Origin: Planctomycetota bacterium
GTDB taxonomy: Bacteria > Planctomycetota > GCA-002687715 > CAIWVZ01
NCBI GenBank assembly: GCA_044222185.1
Contig: JBGANV010000010.1
Span: forward strand, 136,554 to 200,553
Reading direction: 5' to 3'
DNA length: 64,000 nucleotides
Part shown: positions 9,573 to 18,985 of the stretch, one piece after another
Numbering within the stretch: position 1 is the stretch's first letter
Layout of the letters: every line of letters begins with the position of its first letter
Notes under the pieces: generated by a model
What the model saw: only the letters and a program-made list of their open reading frames with translations
Told to the model about the DNA's origin: nothing
Databases searched by the model: none
Made by a program: the position numbers and the translations under genes

Positions 9573-10702
9573 TGAAGCGCGTCATCGGCGAAGCTCTCGC
9601 TCGCATCGATCGTCCGGTCATCTTCCTCGCTGCGGCGCTCGTGCTCTTCGGAATCCTCACGATCGCGTCGGCGACGAACGACGGCGAGGGCGACCTCCCC
9701 ATGCGTCAGGTCCGCGCGCTCGGTGTGGGATTGCTCATCGGCCTTCCGGCGCTCCTCGTGCCCTACCCCAAGCTCTTGAAGGTGGCGCCTTTCGCTTACG
9801 CTGCGCTCGTCGTCGCGCTGGGCCTCGTGCTCGAGATCGGGCCGAATCGCTTCGGCGCCCAACGCTGGCTGGTGCTCGGGGGCTTCCAGATCCAACCGTC
9901 CGAGCCGCTGAAGCTCGTCCTCATCCTCGTATTGGCGCGCGTGCTTCGGTTCGGACGCGAGATCGCGCGCGTTCGCGATTGGCTTCCGCTGCTGCTGCTC
10001 GTGCTCGTTCCGTTCGGGCTCATCGTGAAGCAGCCGGACCTCGGTACGTCGCTGATCTACCTTCCGGTGGGAATGTCGATCCTGTTCGCGGCGGGGATCC
10101 CCGCGCGCACACTCGCCATACTGCTGCTCGGCGGCGTCCTCGTCGGCGCCTTCGCGTTCTTCTTCCTCCTGCACCCCTATCAGAAGGAGCGGATCCGCAG
10201 CACGATCTTCCTCGACCGGCTCGCGCCCTATGAAGCCAATCGCGAAGGGTTTCAGTTGAGGCAGTCGCTCCTCGCCGTGCGGAGCGGGGGAGTGCTGGGA
10301 CGCGGATGGGGAGCGGGGCCGGTCACGCAATCCGGGAAGCTGCCCGAGGCGCACAACGATTTCATCTTCGCCGTCATCTGTGAGGAGTTCGGGTTCCTCG
10401 GAGCGACGGCGGTCCTCCTGGTGTTCCTCCTCCTGATCCTCGCCATCGTCCGCGTCGGGCTTCGAACTCGTGATCCTCCGGGACGGGTGATCTGCATCGG
10501 CACGGCGGCGTTGGTCGCGGCGCAGGCGGGCGTGCAGGCGGGGGTGTCGATCGGCGTCGTTCCGACGACCGGAATGCCCCTGCCCTTCGTGTCCTACGGC
10601 GGATCGGCCATGGTGACGTTCGTCGTCGCCACCTGTCTGGTGCTCAATGTGTCGTGTCACCCGCTCGGTGGGCTCGCGGGCGCTCGTTTCGAGCGCGAGT
10701 GA
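9572..10702 (+). CDS. rodA: SEDS-family peptidoglycan polymerase RodA/FtsW
   Basis: IQPSE, KQPDLGT, LPEAHNDFIFAVICEEFG, PTTGMPLPFVSYGGS; translationally coupled to the PBP gene. Confidence 0.9.
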   Translation: MKRVIGEALARIDRPVIFLAAALVLFGILTIASATNDGEGDLPMRQVRALGVGLLIGLPALLVPYPKLLKVAPFAYAALVVALGLVLEIGPNRFGAQRWLVLGGFQIQPSEPLKLVLILVLARVLRFGREIARVRDWLPLLLLVLVPFGLIVKQPDLGTSLIYLPVGMSILFAAGIPARTLAILLLGGVLVGAFAFFFLLHPYQKERIRSTIFLDRLAPYEANREGFQLRQSLLAVRSGGVLGRGWGAGPVTQSGKLPEAHNDFIFAVICEEFGFLGATAVLLVFLLLILAIVRVGLRTRDPPGRVICIGTAALVAAQAGVQAGVSIGVVPTTGMPLPFVSYGGSAMVTFVVATCLVLNVSCHPLGGLAGARFERE

Positions 10703-11007
10703 TCGCAGCGCCGCGTTTCACGCGGCCGGATGGCAGGGCTCCGCCCTGCCGGAACTCGCGACGAAGCTCGTGCGTGGGGGTGTGTGAGGTGGGGCGGGTA
10801 GCGGGTTGAGGGGGCAGTGGAGGTCAGGCGAGCCCGGAGGTCTCGCCGACCGGCCAGGACCCCTCGTCGGACTCGGGGATCCTGGCGCTCCTCGTATTTG
10901 GTGAGCTCGGGGACCGTCGGGCTTCGGACGGTGAGGCGGGGAGTGAAGGCGCTCTGGGCCGGCGGCGGCGCCGGGCGGGGGTACCCGCGTGTTAGCTTCG
11001 CGGCCCG

Positions 11008-12087
11008 ATGAACGACGCGCGTCCGAACATCAAAGGCCTCACCGTCGAGCAGGTCCGTGACCGGCTCGCCGCGTGCGGCGTTCTGGAAGGCGCAGCGCAG
11101 CTTCCATACGCCCTCTACCACGGCATTCACCGTGATCGGGGCGAGTCCATTCCGGGCATCGCCGACGTGGCGCCGCACAAGTTGCGCCTTGCCGATGCCC
11201 TGTTCAGCACGCACGCACTGGAACTCGTTTCGATGCGGAAGTCGTGGGACCAAAGCGCCCGGTACGCGTTTCGGCTTCATGACGGTCCCGTGATCGAGTC
11301 CGTGCTGATCCCGCACCACGGGCTGTGGACCGTCTGCGTCTCCAGTCAGGCTGGCTGCCCGCTCGCCTGCGGGTTCTGTGCAACAGGCATGCTGGGACTG
11401 CGCCGAAACCTCGAGGCGTGGGAGATCGTCGACCAGGTGCTGCAGGTCGGCAGGCAGGCGCAAGTCCGCATCTCCGACATCGTGTTCATGGGGATGGGCG
11501 AACCGCTGCTCAACACGGACGCGGTCTATCAGGCAGCGGAGATCCTCCGAGCCGAGCACGGACTGCAGATCAGCGCACGACGTCTCACGATCTCGACCGC
11601 GGGGGTGATACCGGCGATCCACGAGTTCATCGACCGGGAGCTGCCCTATCGGCTGGTGTTCTCGCTCGGCTCCGCCGTTCCCGAGAAGCGCCTGCGGCTC
11701 ATGCCGATCCAGGAGCGGTGGGGGTTCGATGCGTTTCTCGACGCCGTGCGCCGTTACGAGCGCTACCGCAAGGGCAAGCACGTCACGCTCGAGTACGTCG
11801 CCATCCGGAACCTGACCATGGGTGACGACGACGTCGAGGCGATGGCGCGCCACCTGGTTGGGTTCAAGTTCATCCTGAACGTGATCCCGCTGAACCCCAT
11901 CGGCAATGAACTGGCGTCGCCAACCATGGAAGAGGTCCGCGAGTGGAGCCGGAAGCTTCGCCCGCTCGGCTTCCCGGTGAAGATCCGGTACAGCGGGGGG
12001 AAGGACCAACTCGGCGGCTGCGGCCAGCTCGGGCGCGAACTTCTCGAATCCGGACGGGCGCAGGCCGTCGGGTATCGCCCGGCCTGA
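11008..12087 (+). CDS. RlmN/Cfr-family radical SAM methyltransferase (divergent)
   Basis: IESVLIP, CVSSQAGCPLACGFCATG (CxxxCxxC), FMGMGEPL, C-terminal GCGQL. Confidence 0.88.
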   Translation: MNDARPNIKGLTVEQVRDRLAACGVLEGAAQLPYALYHGIHRDRGESIPGIADVAPHKLRLADALFSTHALELVSMRKSWDQSARYAFRLHDGPVIESVLIPHHGLWTVCVSSQAGCPLACGFCATGMLGLRRNLEAWEIVDQVLQVGRQAQVRISDIVFMGMGEPLLNTDAVYQAAEILRAEHGLQISARRLTISTAGVIPAIHEFIDRELPYRLVFSLGSAVPEKRLRLMPIQERWGFDAFLDAVRRYERYRKGKHVTLEYVAIRNLTMGDDDVEAMARHLVGFKFILNVIPLNPIGNELASPTMEEVREWSRKLRPLGFPVKIRYSGGKDQLGGCGQLGRELLESGRAQAVGYRPA

Positions 12088-12123
12088 CCAGGCGCGGCAA
12101 CCGGTCGTTGGGTATCGGCGGTC

Positions 12124-12159
12124 GGGCCCCCTGGGTTTACAAGGAAACCCAGGGGACCC
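12124..12159. terminator. Strong hairpin between convergent genes (possible terminator)
   Basis: CCCCTGGGTTT-ACAAGG-AAACCCAGGGG at 12128-12155, extendable by GGG/CCC. No clear U tract. Confidence 0.45.
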
Positions 12160-12364
12160 ATCTGTCACCACCGCCCCGCGGACCCCGAAGGGGATGCGGA
12201 GTCACACGCGCGCTCCCTCGCAACTCAGCGTTTTGACTGATCTGTCGACGGGACGGGCTCCCGTCACAGTCGACACGTACTCCAATGGTCGGATCCGTCA
12301 TTTCGTGACGGAAAGTGGGAGAAAAAATGATCCGCGGGGGACATCGGGGGGAACGGGCCCTCCG

Positions 12365-15300
12365 TTATTTCGAATTTCCGCCCTCCGGACCGTCCTTGAC
12401 CGTGAATCGGAACGACGACGTCGTCCCGGAGATGGCGGGGGCGTACATCGCTTCGCCCCGACCCGGCCGGGCCTTGAGCGTCCCGGGGAGTTCGGCCCGC
12501 AGGCGGTACTTCAGCGTGTGGGTCCCCTGCTGGAGCCACGTCACGAAGAAGGCCGTCTTCGCATCGCGGAACTCCACGTTCGAACAGATGCCTGCGCCGT
12601 ACTGCGGGCCGGATCTGACCTCGAGCGCCTCGAAGCCGGCTGGTTTCAGGTCCTCGAAGAGCAGGTAGTCGTAGTCGTTCTTGGCGTCGATCTTGAACCA
12701 GACCTCGATGACGTCACCCGAGGCTACGGTTGCGCCGTTGGCGAGCGGCTCGAAGCTCTCCTGCGTCGTGACGACCGTCCGTCCGTTCTCCGACCTCTCG
12801 ACGGCCTTCGACGTCACTCTCACGTACGCACGTTCGACGAGCAGGTCCTCGCCAGCGGCGGCGATGTCCGCCTCCTTCGTGAAGAACGTGGCATCGGCCG
12901 AGACGTAGATCCGTCCCTTGCCGTGCGTGCGCACGGTCAGCGTGGCATCCCCGGTCGACAACTCACCGGCACCGAAGGACAGGGTGTTCTGGAATGTGAG
13001 CAGGTTCTCGCGTCCAACGTGAACCGTGTGCGTCCCTCCGCCCTTCAGCGACACGGTGACGTCGAGGTCGGGCTCGAGCTGCCCCGAGGCACGAGCGTAA
13101 CGCACGAGCGCTTCCACGGCCTGCGCCGTGTCACGCGTGTTGAGCCATTGGCCGCCACGTCGATTCGTCACGAGCCATTTCACGAGCGGCTCCACCAACT
13201 CGTGCTTGGGGTCCACGTCGACGAACGCGTTCAGGACGGCGGCGTTCGTCTCCACGAGGTTGTTCCACCACCACCACCAGTCGCGGCTCTCGGATTGCCA
13301 GTGCGCGGTGCCGCCGTCGCGATCGACCTTGGCGAAGTCGGCGAGATTCGAGAGCACCAGTCGCGCGTGTTCGGTGTCCTTGGCGGAAGCGAAGGCGCTC
13401 GCGAGCAGCGCCTTGCCGTAGGGGGTCAGGTCATCCCGGTTGGTGTAGATCCGCGCGAGCAGCGCCGCGTCCGCATGCCGCGCCTTCGCGAGCGCGTACG
13501 CGATGTAGGTTGCCACCACGAGCTTTTGCTCCTTGGGGGCCTGCGCGGCGAGGAACGCCACCGCGCGGTCGATCATCCCCGCGGGAACGGGGAGGTCGGC
13601 CTCTCCCGCAGCGACGAGCCCGCAAAGGACGTACGCCGTGAGGTAGGACGACGACTGGTCTGCGCGCCACCAGCCGAACCCTCCGTCACCGTTCTGCATG
13701 GAGGCAAGCCGCGCCAGTCCATCACGCACGGCCGAGTCGAGTGCGGCTTGAGTGACGATCGGCTTGTGATCCGTGGCGCGGTCACGCATGCCTCGCGTCT
13801 GCCGGGCCTTTGCCACTTCGTCGAGCGTCGTCCCCAGCTCACCCAGCACCCGCGACACGGCGACGGCAGGCATGAAGCGGCTCATGGTCTGCTCGGTGCA
13901 GCCGTAGGGGTAGTCGATCAGGTAGGGGAGGGCGTCGAGGAGCGTCAGCGCGAGGCTCGGGTTCAGCGTGACGTCGAGCCGCGTCGTCTCCTGATGCCGC
14001 TCGGAAGGGATCGTGAAGGTGAGCGCCTGCTCGGCGTCGCCGCTGAGCACGGCGTTCCGGGGGATGCGCTTGTCGTGGCCCCATTCGATTGCGGTGAACT
14101 CCTTCACCATGGCGTCGCTGTCGTTCAGGCCCAGCGCGGTCACGGTGATCTTCGTCCGGCCGGGCTTCTGGACGCCGACGAGCCAGTCGATGCGACGCGC
14201 CTCGCCGGGCGGGACGTCCGTCGCCTGCTCCAGCGCGGATTGTGTCGTCAGCACCTGGCCGTCGAGTTCGATCCGAACGCGAGCCGCCTGCCCGACCGCG
14301 GTGCGATTGTTCACGAGCGCTGTCACGGTGATCTGATCGCCCTCGACGAAGAAGCGAGGTGCGCGGAGGCGGACCAGGAGATCCTTCGTCGTCTTCGTGT
14401 CCGCGGTGATCTCGCCGACCCTGGTGTCGGCCGTCCACGCCCAGACCTTCGCGCGCCAGGTCGTGAGCGACTCGGGGAACGGCACCTTGACGACGGCGCG
14501 GCCGGTCTCGTCCGTCGTCACGTCGGCGGTCCAGAGTGCGGAGTCTCGGAAATCGCTGCGGACCTTGGGCGCCGGCCCCGCCTGGCCGGGCTCGCGGGCG
14601 TTCGAGTCGTCTTCGGAAGAGTCCTGATCCTTCAGCTCGCGGTTGAAATGGTCCGCCTTCTCCTCCGCGCGCGCCGCGCTCGTGGGGGCGGGCGCCGCGG
14701 CCAGGCCGACGGCGGTCGCCTTGTCATCGCCGGCGAACGAGCCCCGGCCACCGCCTCGGTCGCCCTTTTCGCCCGCTGGGCGCCCATCGCGGAGGCGGCC
14801 GCGGATGTGTTCGAACTCGAGTGCGCCGAAACCGACGCCTTCGAGCACGCGGGACGCGATCCCCGGCATGTTCGACCACGCCGGCAGCGCGCCGATGACG
14901 TCGTACCGGCCCCATGCGACGTTCCTCACGAGCTCTCCGTCGAAGGCCGAGCGCGCGGACGAGTTACGCGCGACATCATGCCCGCGGCGCGATCCCCAGA
15001 AGAACCGGCGGATGTCCGGCGTAGTGTCCGATTGGATCTCGAGGATCGACGCGTCGAGCACGGTCACTGCTGCGCGCGCCGACACGGGGTTGCCAGCGTC
15101 ATCCCGAGTCGTGACGACGAGGTCGCCGGATGCCCCCGGCCGATAGTCGGGCCGATCGAACGTCGCCGTCACGTTCAGGAACTGCTCGACGGGCGGCACG
15201 AAGATCTCCACCTCGTCCTCGAAGTACTCGCCCCCACGTACCGAGGCGACGTGCACGTGGAAGTTCGGGACGTGCGTGCGCTCGATGGGGATTTCGATCA

Positions 15301-18292
15301 CTGCGAGCTTCCCGTCGAGCTTGACGACGTCGCACTTCAGCATTCGGCGCCCGCCATCCATCGACAGAAGAAGCGTGCCGTCGGCGAAGTTCGACGTGAC
15401 GAGAACCAGGGCCTTCTCGCCGACCTTGAACGTCCGGCGATTGGGAATCAGCTCCACATTCTTCATGGCGAAGTCACGGGCACCGAAGCCCGGCTTGTGG
15501 ACCCACAGTCGGCTCTCCCCGGTGACGAGCTGCTCGAAGCGATCGAGCGCTTCGAAGGCGATCGCGAAGTTTCCGGGCGCGTCGGCCACCCAACGGAAGA
15601 AGGCGCGGCCTTCGTCGTCCGTCTTGACGGCCGTCTCGTGGACTACCGTCCGGGCCTCGTTGAGACCGCCCTTTTCGTCGAGTGATGCGTCGATGCGGTA
15701 GACCCGCACCTTGCCCTCCACGGCGACGGGCGTTCCCGCGGGCAGGCGGCTGTGGATCTCGCACTCGACGTTCTCGCCCGCGAGATAGAAGTTCTGTTTC
15801 GGTGTGACGTCGAGAGAAAGCGCGCGCTTCGTCACCAGCAGCGACCCGGACCCGTCCAGCGTCCGGCGCGACTCGTCGGTGACTTGCGCTTCGATCAGGA
15901 AGCGCGATCCGTCGCCGGGGTTCGCGGCTTCCGTCCCCGTTTCGAATCCGATCGGCAGCTTGCCGCTTCCATCGAGGACTCCAGATCCCGAAGCCACGAG
16001 TTCGCGTCCCGACTGTTCATGTCGGGGGCGGATCCAGGCGTCGGACCCAAACAGGTAGTCGTATTCACCGCGGCGACCGAACCATGGCCACCACCCCGTG
16101 CGGAACACCTTCCACTCGACGCGCCCGCCCGCGACGGCACCACCGAAGAAGTACTGGGCTTCGACGGTCGCGTTGACGCGCGTCCCGAATCGCACCTGCT
16201 CGGTGGGCAGGCCGACCGTCACTTTGAACTCGGGTTTGAGGTACTCCTCGACCCGGAAATGGCCCTGCGCCACGTACTCGTTGCCGCGTTGGACCTGCAC
16301 CACGTAGACGCCGAGCGGTGGCTCCTTGCCGAGGACCAACTCCTGCTTGAACGCGCCGGATTCATCCGTCCGGAGCTCCTGCTCCATCACATGCTGCCCG
16401 TTGGGGGCGTGCACGCTGACCTTGAAGCGCGTGTCTGCGATCGCCGTGTATTCGTTCCCGTGGCGAGTGCGGATGATCGACGCGAACCGGATCGGATCCT
16501 CGGGCCGATACACCGGCCGGTCCGTCATGACGTACGCCGTCGTCGTGTCCGCGGCTTCGTTCTGCCGGTAGGCGTAGTTCCGGTGAGTGAACGCGCAGCG
16601 CTCGCCATCGGCGGCGAACACCTCGATCTGGAACGACTCCCCGGGACCGACGGAATGTGCGCGCTCGAAGATCCCGCGCTCGTCCGTAGTGCCCTTCGAG
16701 TACCGGACCTTCCATCCGCTGCCAAAGAGTCCACGGCTGTAGTACCGCTCGCGCACCGCCACGTCGGCGCCGCGGAGCGGGGAACCGGTGACCCGGTCGA
16801 CGACGAACACGATCGTCCGGTCGTTGTCCTGCTTCGTGATGATCCCGACGTCGGAAACCTGGACGAGCGTGTTCCACTGAAGCCCCTCGCCGCGCGCCTC
16901 GAGCACGTAGCAGCCCGCGGGCAATCCTGCGATCGCAAGGGCGGTCTCGCGATCGACGTGACGCCCGTCGTCGCGTGTATCCGCAGTCAGCGTGACCGCT
17001 GGGGTCGTGGCCTCGAAGCCGGAAGGGAGCCCCTTGATCACTCCTGACGTGGTGCCAAGCCAAAGGTCGTCATCCGACAGGAAACCGTCCGAGAGGTAGA
17101 TCGACGGCAACTTCACGGGTCGGAGCGTGACGGCAATCGCCTTCATGTTGCGCGAGTGCGCCGTGAGCTCGAACGGCTTTCCGGGGAGCCTTGGCTCGCC
17201 GGCTGCAATCGAGAGCCGCGGGAACGTGATCTGCTCGATGGCCGACTTCGCATCTCCGATCCACGGCGACTTGGGGAAGTCGGCGACGAGCTTGCGGTAC
17301 GACGCCACCGCATCGACGAGGAGGCCGAGCGTCTCCTGGGCCTTCGCGAGGCTGACGAGGATCTCGTCGCCGAGCGCGGACGTCGCGCAGCGCGCGAACG
17401 CCTCCGATAGGACCTTCACCGGGTTGCGATCCGCGGGGACCGCGACCGTCGGCTTGTCGCCGCCGAGCGGCGCGACGAGAATTTCATCGGCAGAGCGGAC
17501 GTCGCGCGCGGTGGACCGCGTGAACATGCGCAGGCACGCGGCGCCTTTCATGTATCGCGCGAGTGCTTCCCCGTCCTGGTTGGCGACGGCGACCTGGTGA
17601 CTGATGGCTCCATCGAACGCGCCGACGATGCGATCGTTCCAAGCGGTTTCGAGTTTCTGATCCTGCTGGACATCGCCGCTGACGTTGAAGGCGAGTCCGT
17701 GGTCCCGGAACGCCTCGAGGACGGAACCCAGCTCGAGGTGAGCGCGGAGGTGCTCGGCCGAGAGCCCCTTGTCCGTGGCATTCGGAGTCGGAGTGGCATT
17801 CGCGACCTGCGCGGCGAAGATCGCAGTCGAGGCCTCCAGATCCGTACGAGCGAGGGTCATGTCGTCCGTGACCGCCCACACGTAGGTGCCACCCTGGATG
17901 TAGGTTCCCCGCGAGCGCTGCCCGTCCTTCTCGTAGAAATAGTGCGGCATCGTCGCCGCGATCACGCCCCGCTCGAGCCGCGCGCGGGCCTCGGCGAGAG
18001 GTGCCGGCCGCTGCTCGACGAATGCCTTCAGGTGCGCGATTGCCTCGTCGAACTTCGAAAGGCGCGCGAGACAGACCCCGATGCGGACCTCGACCCGGGG
18101 GCGTTCCGCGGCGAACTGCGAATCCTTCGCCGCGCTCCGGTAGTTCTCGAGCGCCTTCTGGTACTCGTGGTCGCTGAAGGCCTTGTCCGCGACCTTCAAA
18201 GGATCGTCCCTGCGGTCGAAGTGCTGGTGTGCTGCCGTGAGAAGTCCGAGAACGGACGCCAGGACGGCGCCGACGACGAGTTTGCCGAGCAT
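12365..18292 (-). CDS. Bacterial alpha-2-macroglobulin with N-terminal TPR-like region
   Basis: TDRPVYRP (MG2), VEEYLKPEF, VRSDFRDSALW, FPESLTTW, APRFFVEGD, thioester motif YPYGCTEQ (13889-13900), QNGDGGFGWW, EAMYAP. Confidence 0.93.
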   Translation of the reverse strand: MLGKLVVGAVLASVLGLLTAAHQHFDRRDDPLKVADKAFSDHEYQKALENYRSAAKDSQFAAERPRVEVRIGVCLARLSKFDEAIAHLKAFVEQRPAPLAEARARLERGVIAATMPHYFYEKDGQRSRGTYIQGGTYVWAVTDDMTLARTDLEASTAIFAAQVANATPTPNATDKGLSAEHLRAHLELGSVLEAFRDHGLAFNVSGDVQQDQKLETAWNDRIVGAFDGAISHQVAVANQDGEALARYMKGAACLRMFTRSTARDVRSADEILVAPLGGDKPTVAVPADRNPVKVLSEAFARCATSALGDEILVSLAKAQETLGLLVDAVASYRKLVADFPKSPWIGDAKSAIEQITFPRLSIAAGEPRLPGKPFELTAHSRNMKAIAVTLRPVKLPSIYLSDGFLSDDDLWLGTTSGVIKGLPSGFEATTPAVTLTADTRDDGRHVDRETALAIAGLPAGCYVLEARGEGLQWNTLVQVSDVGIITKQDNDRTIVFVVDRVTGSPLRGADVAVRERYYSRGLFGSGWKVRYSKGTTDERGIFERAHSVGPGESFQIEVFAADGERCAFTHRNYAYRQNEAADTTTAYVMTDRPVYRPEDPIRFASIIRTRHGNEYTAIADTRFKVSVHAPNGQHVMEQELRTDESGAFKQELVLGKEPPLGVYVVQVQRGNEYVAQGHFRVEEYLKPEFKVTVGLPTEQVRFGTRVNATVEAQYFFGGAVAGGRVEWKVFRTGWWPWFGRRGEYDYLFGSDAWIRPRHEQSGRELVASGSGVLDGSGKLPIGFETGTEAANPGDGSRFLIEAQVTDESRRTLDGSGSLLVTKRALSLDVTPKQNFYLAGENVECEIHSRLPAGTPVAVEGKVRVYRIDASLDEKGGLNEARTVVHETAVKTDDEGRAFFRWVADAPGNFAIAFEALDRFEQLVTGESRLWVHKPGFGARDFAMKNVELIPNRRTFKVGEKALVLVTSNFADGTLLLSMDGGRRMLKCDVVKLDGKLAVIEIPIERTHVPNFHVHVASVRGGEYFEDEVEIFVPPVEQFLNVTATFDRPDYRPGASGDLVVTTRDDAGNPVSARAAVTVLDASILEIQSDTTPDIRRFFWGSRRGHDVARNSSARSAFDGELVRNVAWGRYDVIGALPAWSNMPGIASRVLEGVGFGALEFEHIRGRLRDGRPAGEKGDRGGGRGSFAGDDKATAVGLAAAPAPTSAARAEEKADHFNRELKDQDSSEDDSNAREPGQAGPAPKVRSDFRDSALWTADVTTDETGRAVVKVPFPESLTTWRAKVWAWTADTRVGEITADTKTTKDLLVRLRAPRFFVEGDQITVTALVNNRTAVGQAARVRIELDGQVLTTQSALEQATDVPPGEARRIDWLVGVQKPGRTKITVTALGLNDSDAMVKEFTAIEWGHDKRIPRNAVLSGDAEQALTFTIPSERHQETTRLDVTLNPSLALTLLDALPYLIDYPYGCTEQTMSRFMPAVAVSRVLGELGTTLDEVAKARQTRGMRDRATDHKPIVTQAALDSAVRDGLARLASMQNGDGGFGWWRADQSSSYLTAYVLCGLVAAGEADLPVPAGMIDRAVAFLAAQAPKEQKLVVATYIAYALAKARHADAALLARIYTNRDDLTPYGKALLASAFASAKDTEHARLVLSNLADFAKVDRDGGTAHWQSESRDWWWWWNNLVETNAAVLNAFVDVDPKHELVEPLVKWLVTNRRGGQWLNTRDTAQAVEALVRYARASGQLEPDLDVTVSLKGGGTHTVHVGRENLLTFQNTLSFGAGELSTGDATLTVRTHGKGRIYVSADATFFTKEADIAAAGEDLLVERAYVRVTSKAVERSENGRTVVTTQESFEPLANGATVASGDVIEVWFKIDAKNDYDYLLFEDLKPAGFEALEVRSGPQYGAGICSNVEFRDAKTAFFVTWLQQGTHTLKYRLRAELPGTLKARPGRGEAMYAPAISGTTSSFRFTVKDGPEGGNSK

Positions 18293-18368
18293 GTTGACTC
18301 CGAGGGCGTGTGAGACGACGGGGTTGGACGCCGCCGACGAACCCGGAGTTCCGCCGGCGGGGCGCCCC

Positions 18369-18809
18369 TCAAGCGAGCGTCTTCAGGAGTGCGTCGGCCT
18401 GGCCGGCCGGGTCCTTCGTTTCGACCGCGGACTCGATCTTCCCGTCGGGTCCGACGACGTAGGTGATGCGTTTGGCGTAGGTTGCCGTCGCGTCATCGCA
18501 GGCTTCGTAGGCGAGTCCCACCTTGCGGTCCGGATCGCAAAGAAGCGGGTAGGCGAAGCTGAACTTCTCCGCGAAGGCCTTGTTCGCGGCGACGCCGTCG
18601 AACGAGACACCGAAGATCAGCACGTTCTTCGAGGTGAATTCGGGGGTTCTGTCACGGAACCCGCAGCCCTGGCGCGTTCAACCCGGGGTGTCGGCCTTGG
18701 GGTAGAACCAAAGCACGAATCGCCTGCCCTTCAGGTCGGCGAGGCGGACCCGTTTTCCCGTGTGATCCTGAACGTCGAACGCGGGGGCGGTCGTACCCGG
18801 TTTCAGCAT
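18369..18809 (-). CDS. bcp: BCP/PrxQ peroxiredoxin, selenoprotein (Sec44)
   Basis: Reading from ATG 18809 (CAGGAGA upstream): MLKPGTTAPAFDVQDHTGKRVRLADLKGRRFVLWFYPKADTPG-TGA-TRQGCGFRD...GVSFD...YPLLCDPD...KRITYVVGPDGKI. The TGA (18680-18678) sits exactly at the peroxidatic Cys. Confidence 0.9.
18644..18662 (-). promoter_or_regulatory. Putative bacterial SECIS element
   Basis: Minus strand GGGTTC-CGTGACA-GAACCC hairpin starting 15 nt after the UGA, with a GU near the 5' side of the apical loop. Confidence 0.7.
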
Positions 18810-18916
18810 GGCGCCATCTCTCCTGTGACGTGTTCCAGCGGTCGATTGGGGGGCGCTGCTCTACGCCACGAAGCGTGCGCGTCGCAAGCATCCGGCGTCG
18901 CGCCCCTGAACTTCAA

Positions 18917-18944
18917 TTGCCGCATCGCCGACGCCTGGTAGAAT
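18917..18944 (+). promoter_or_regulatory. Putative sigma70 promoter of the BMC operon
   Basis: TTGCCG-N16-TAGAAT with extended -10 TGn, about 40 nt before the ALDH start. Confidence 0.55.
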
Positions 18945-18985
18945 CCGGGCCGTTTCCCGAGCCCCAGCCGCCATGCGGCATCTCC

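Noticed and set aside
12194-15685. 1163-aa plus-strand ORF and other long antisense ORFs (e.g. 6930-9344, 53860-56436)
   Set aside because: Antisense shadows of well-supported genes, typical of high-GC codon bias, with no recognisable motifs.
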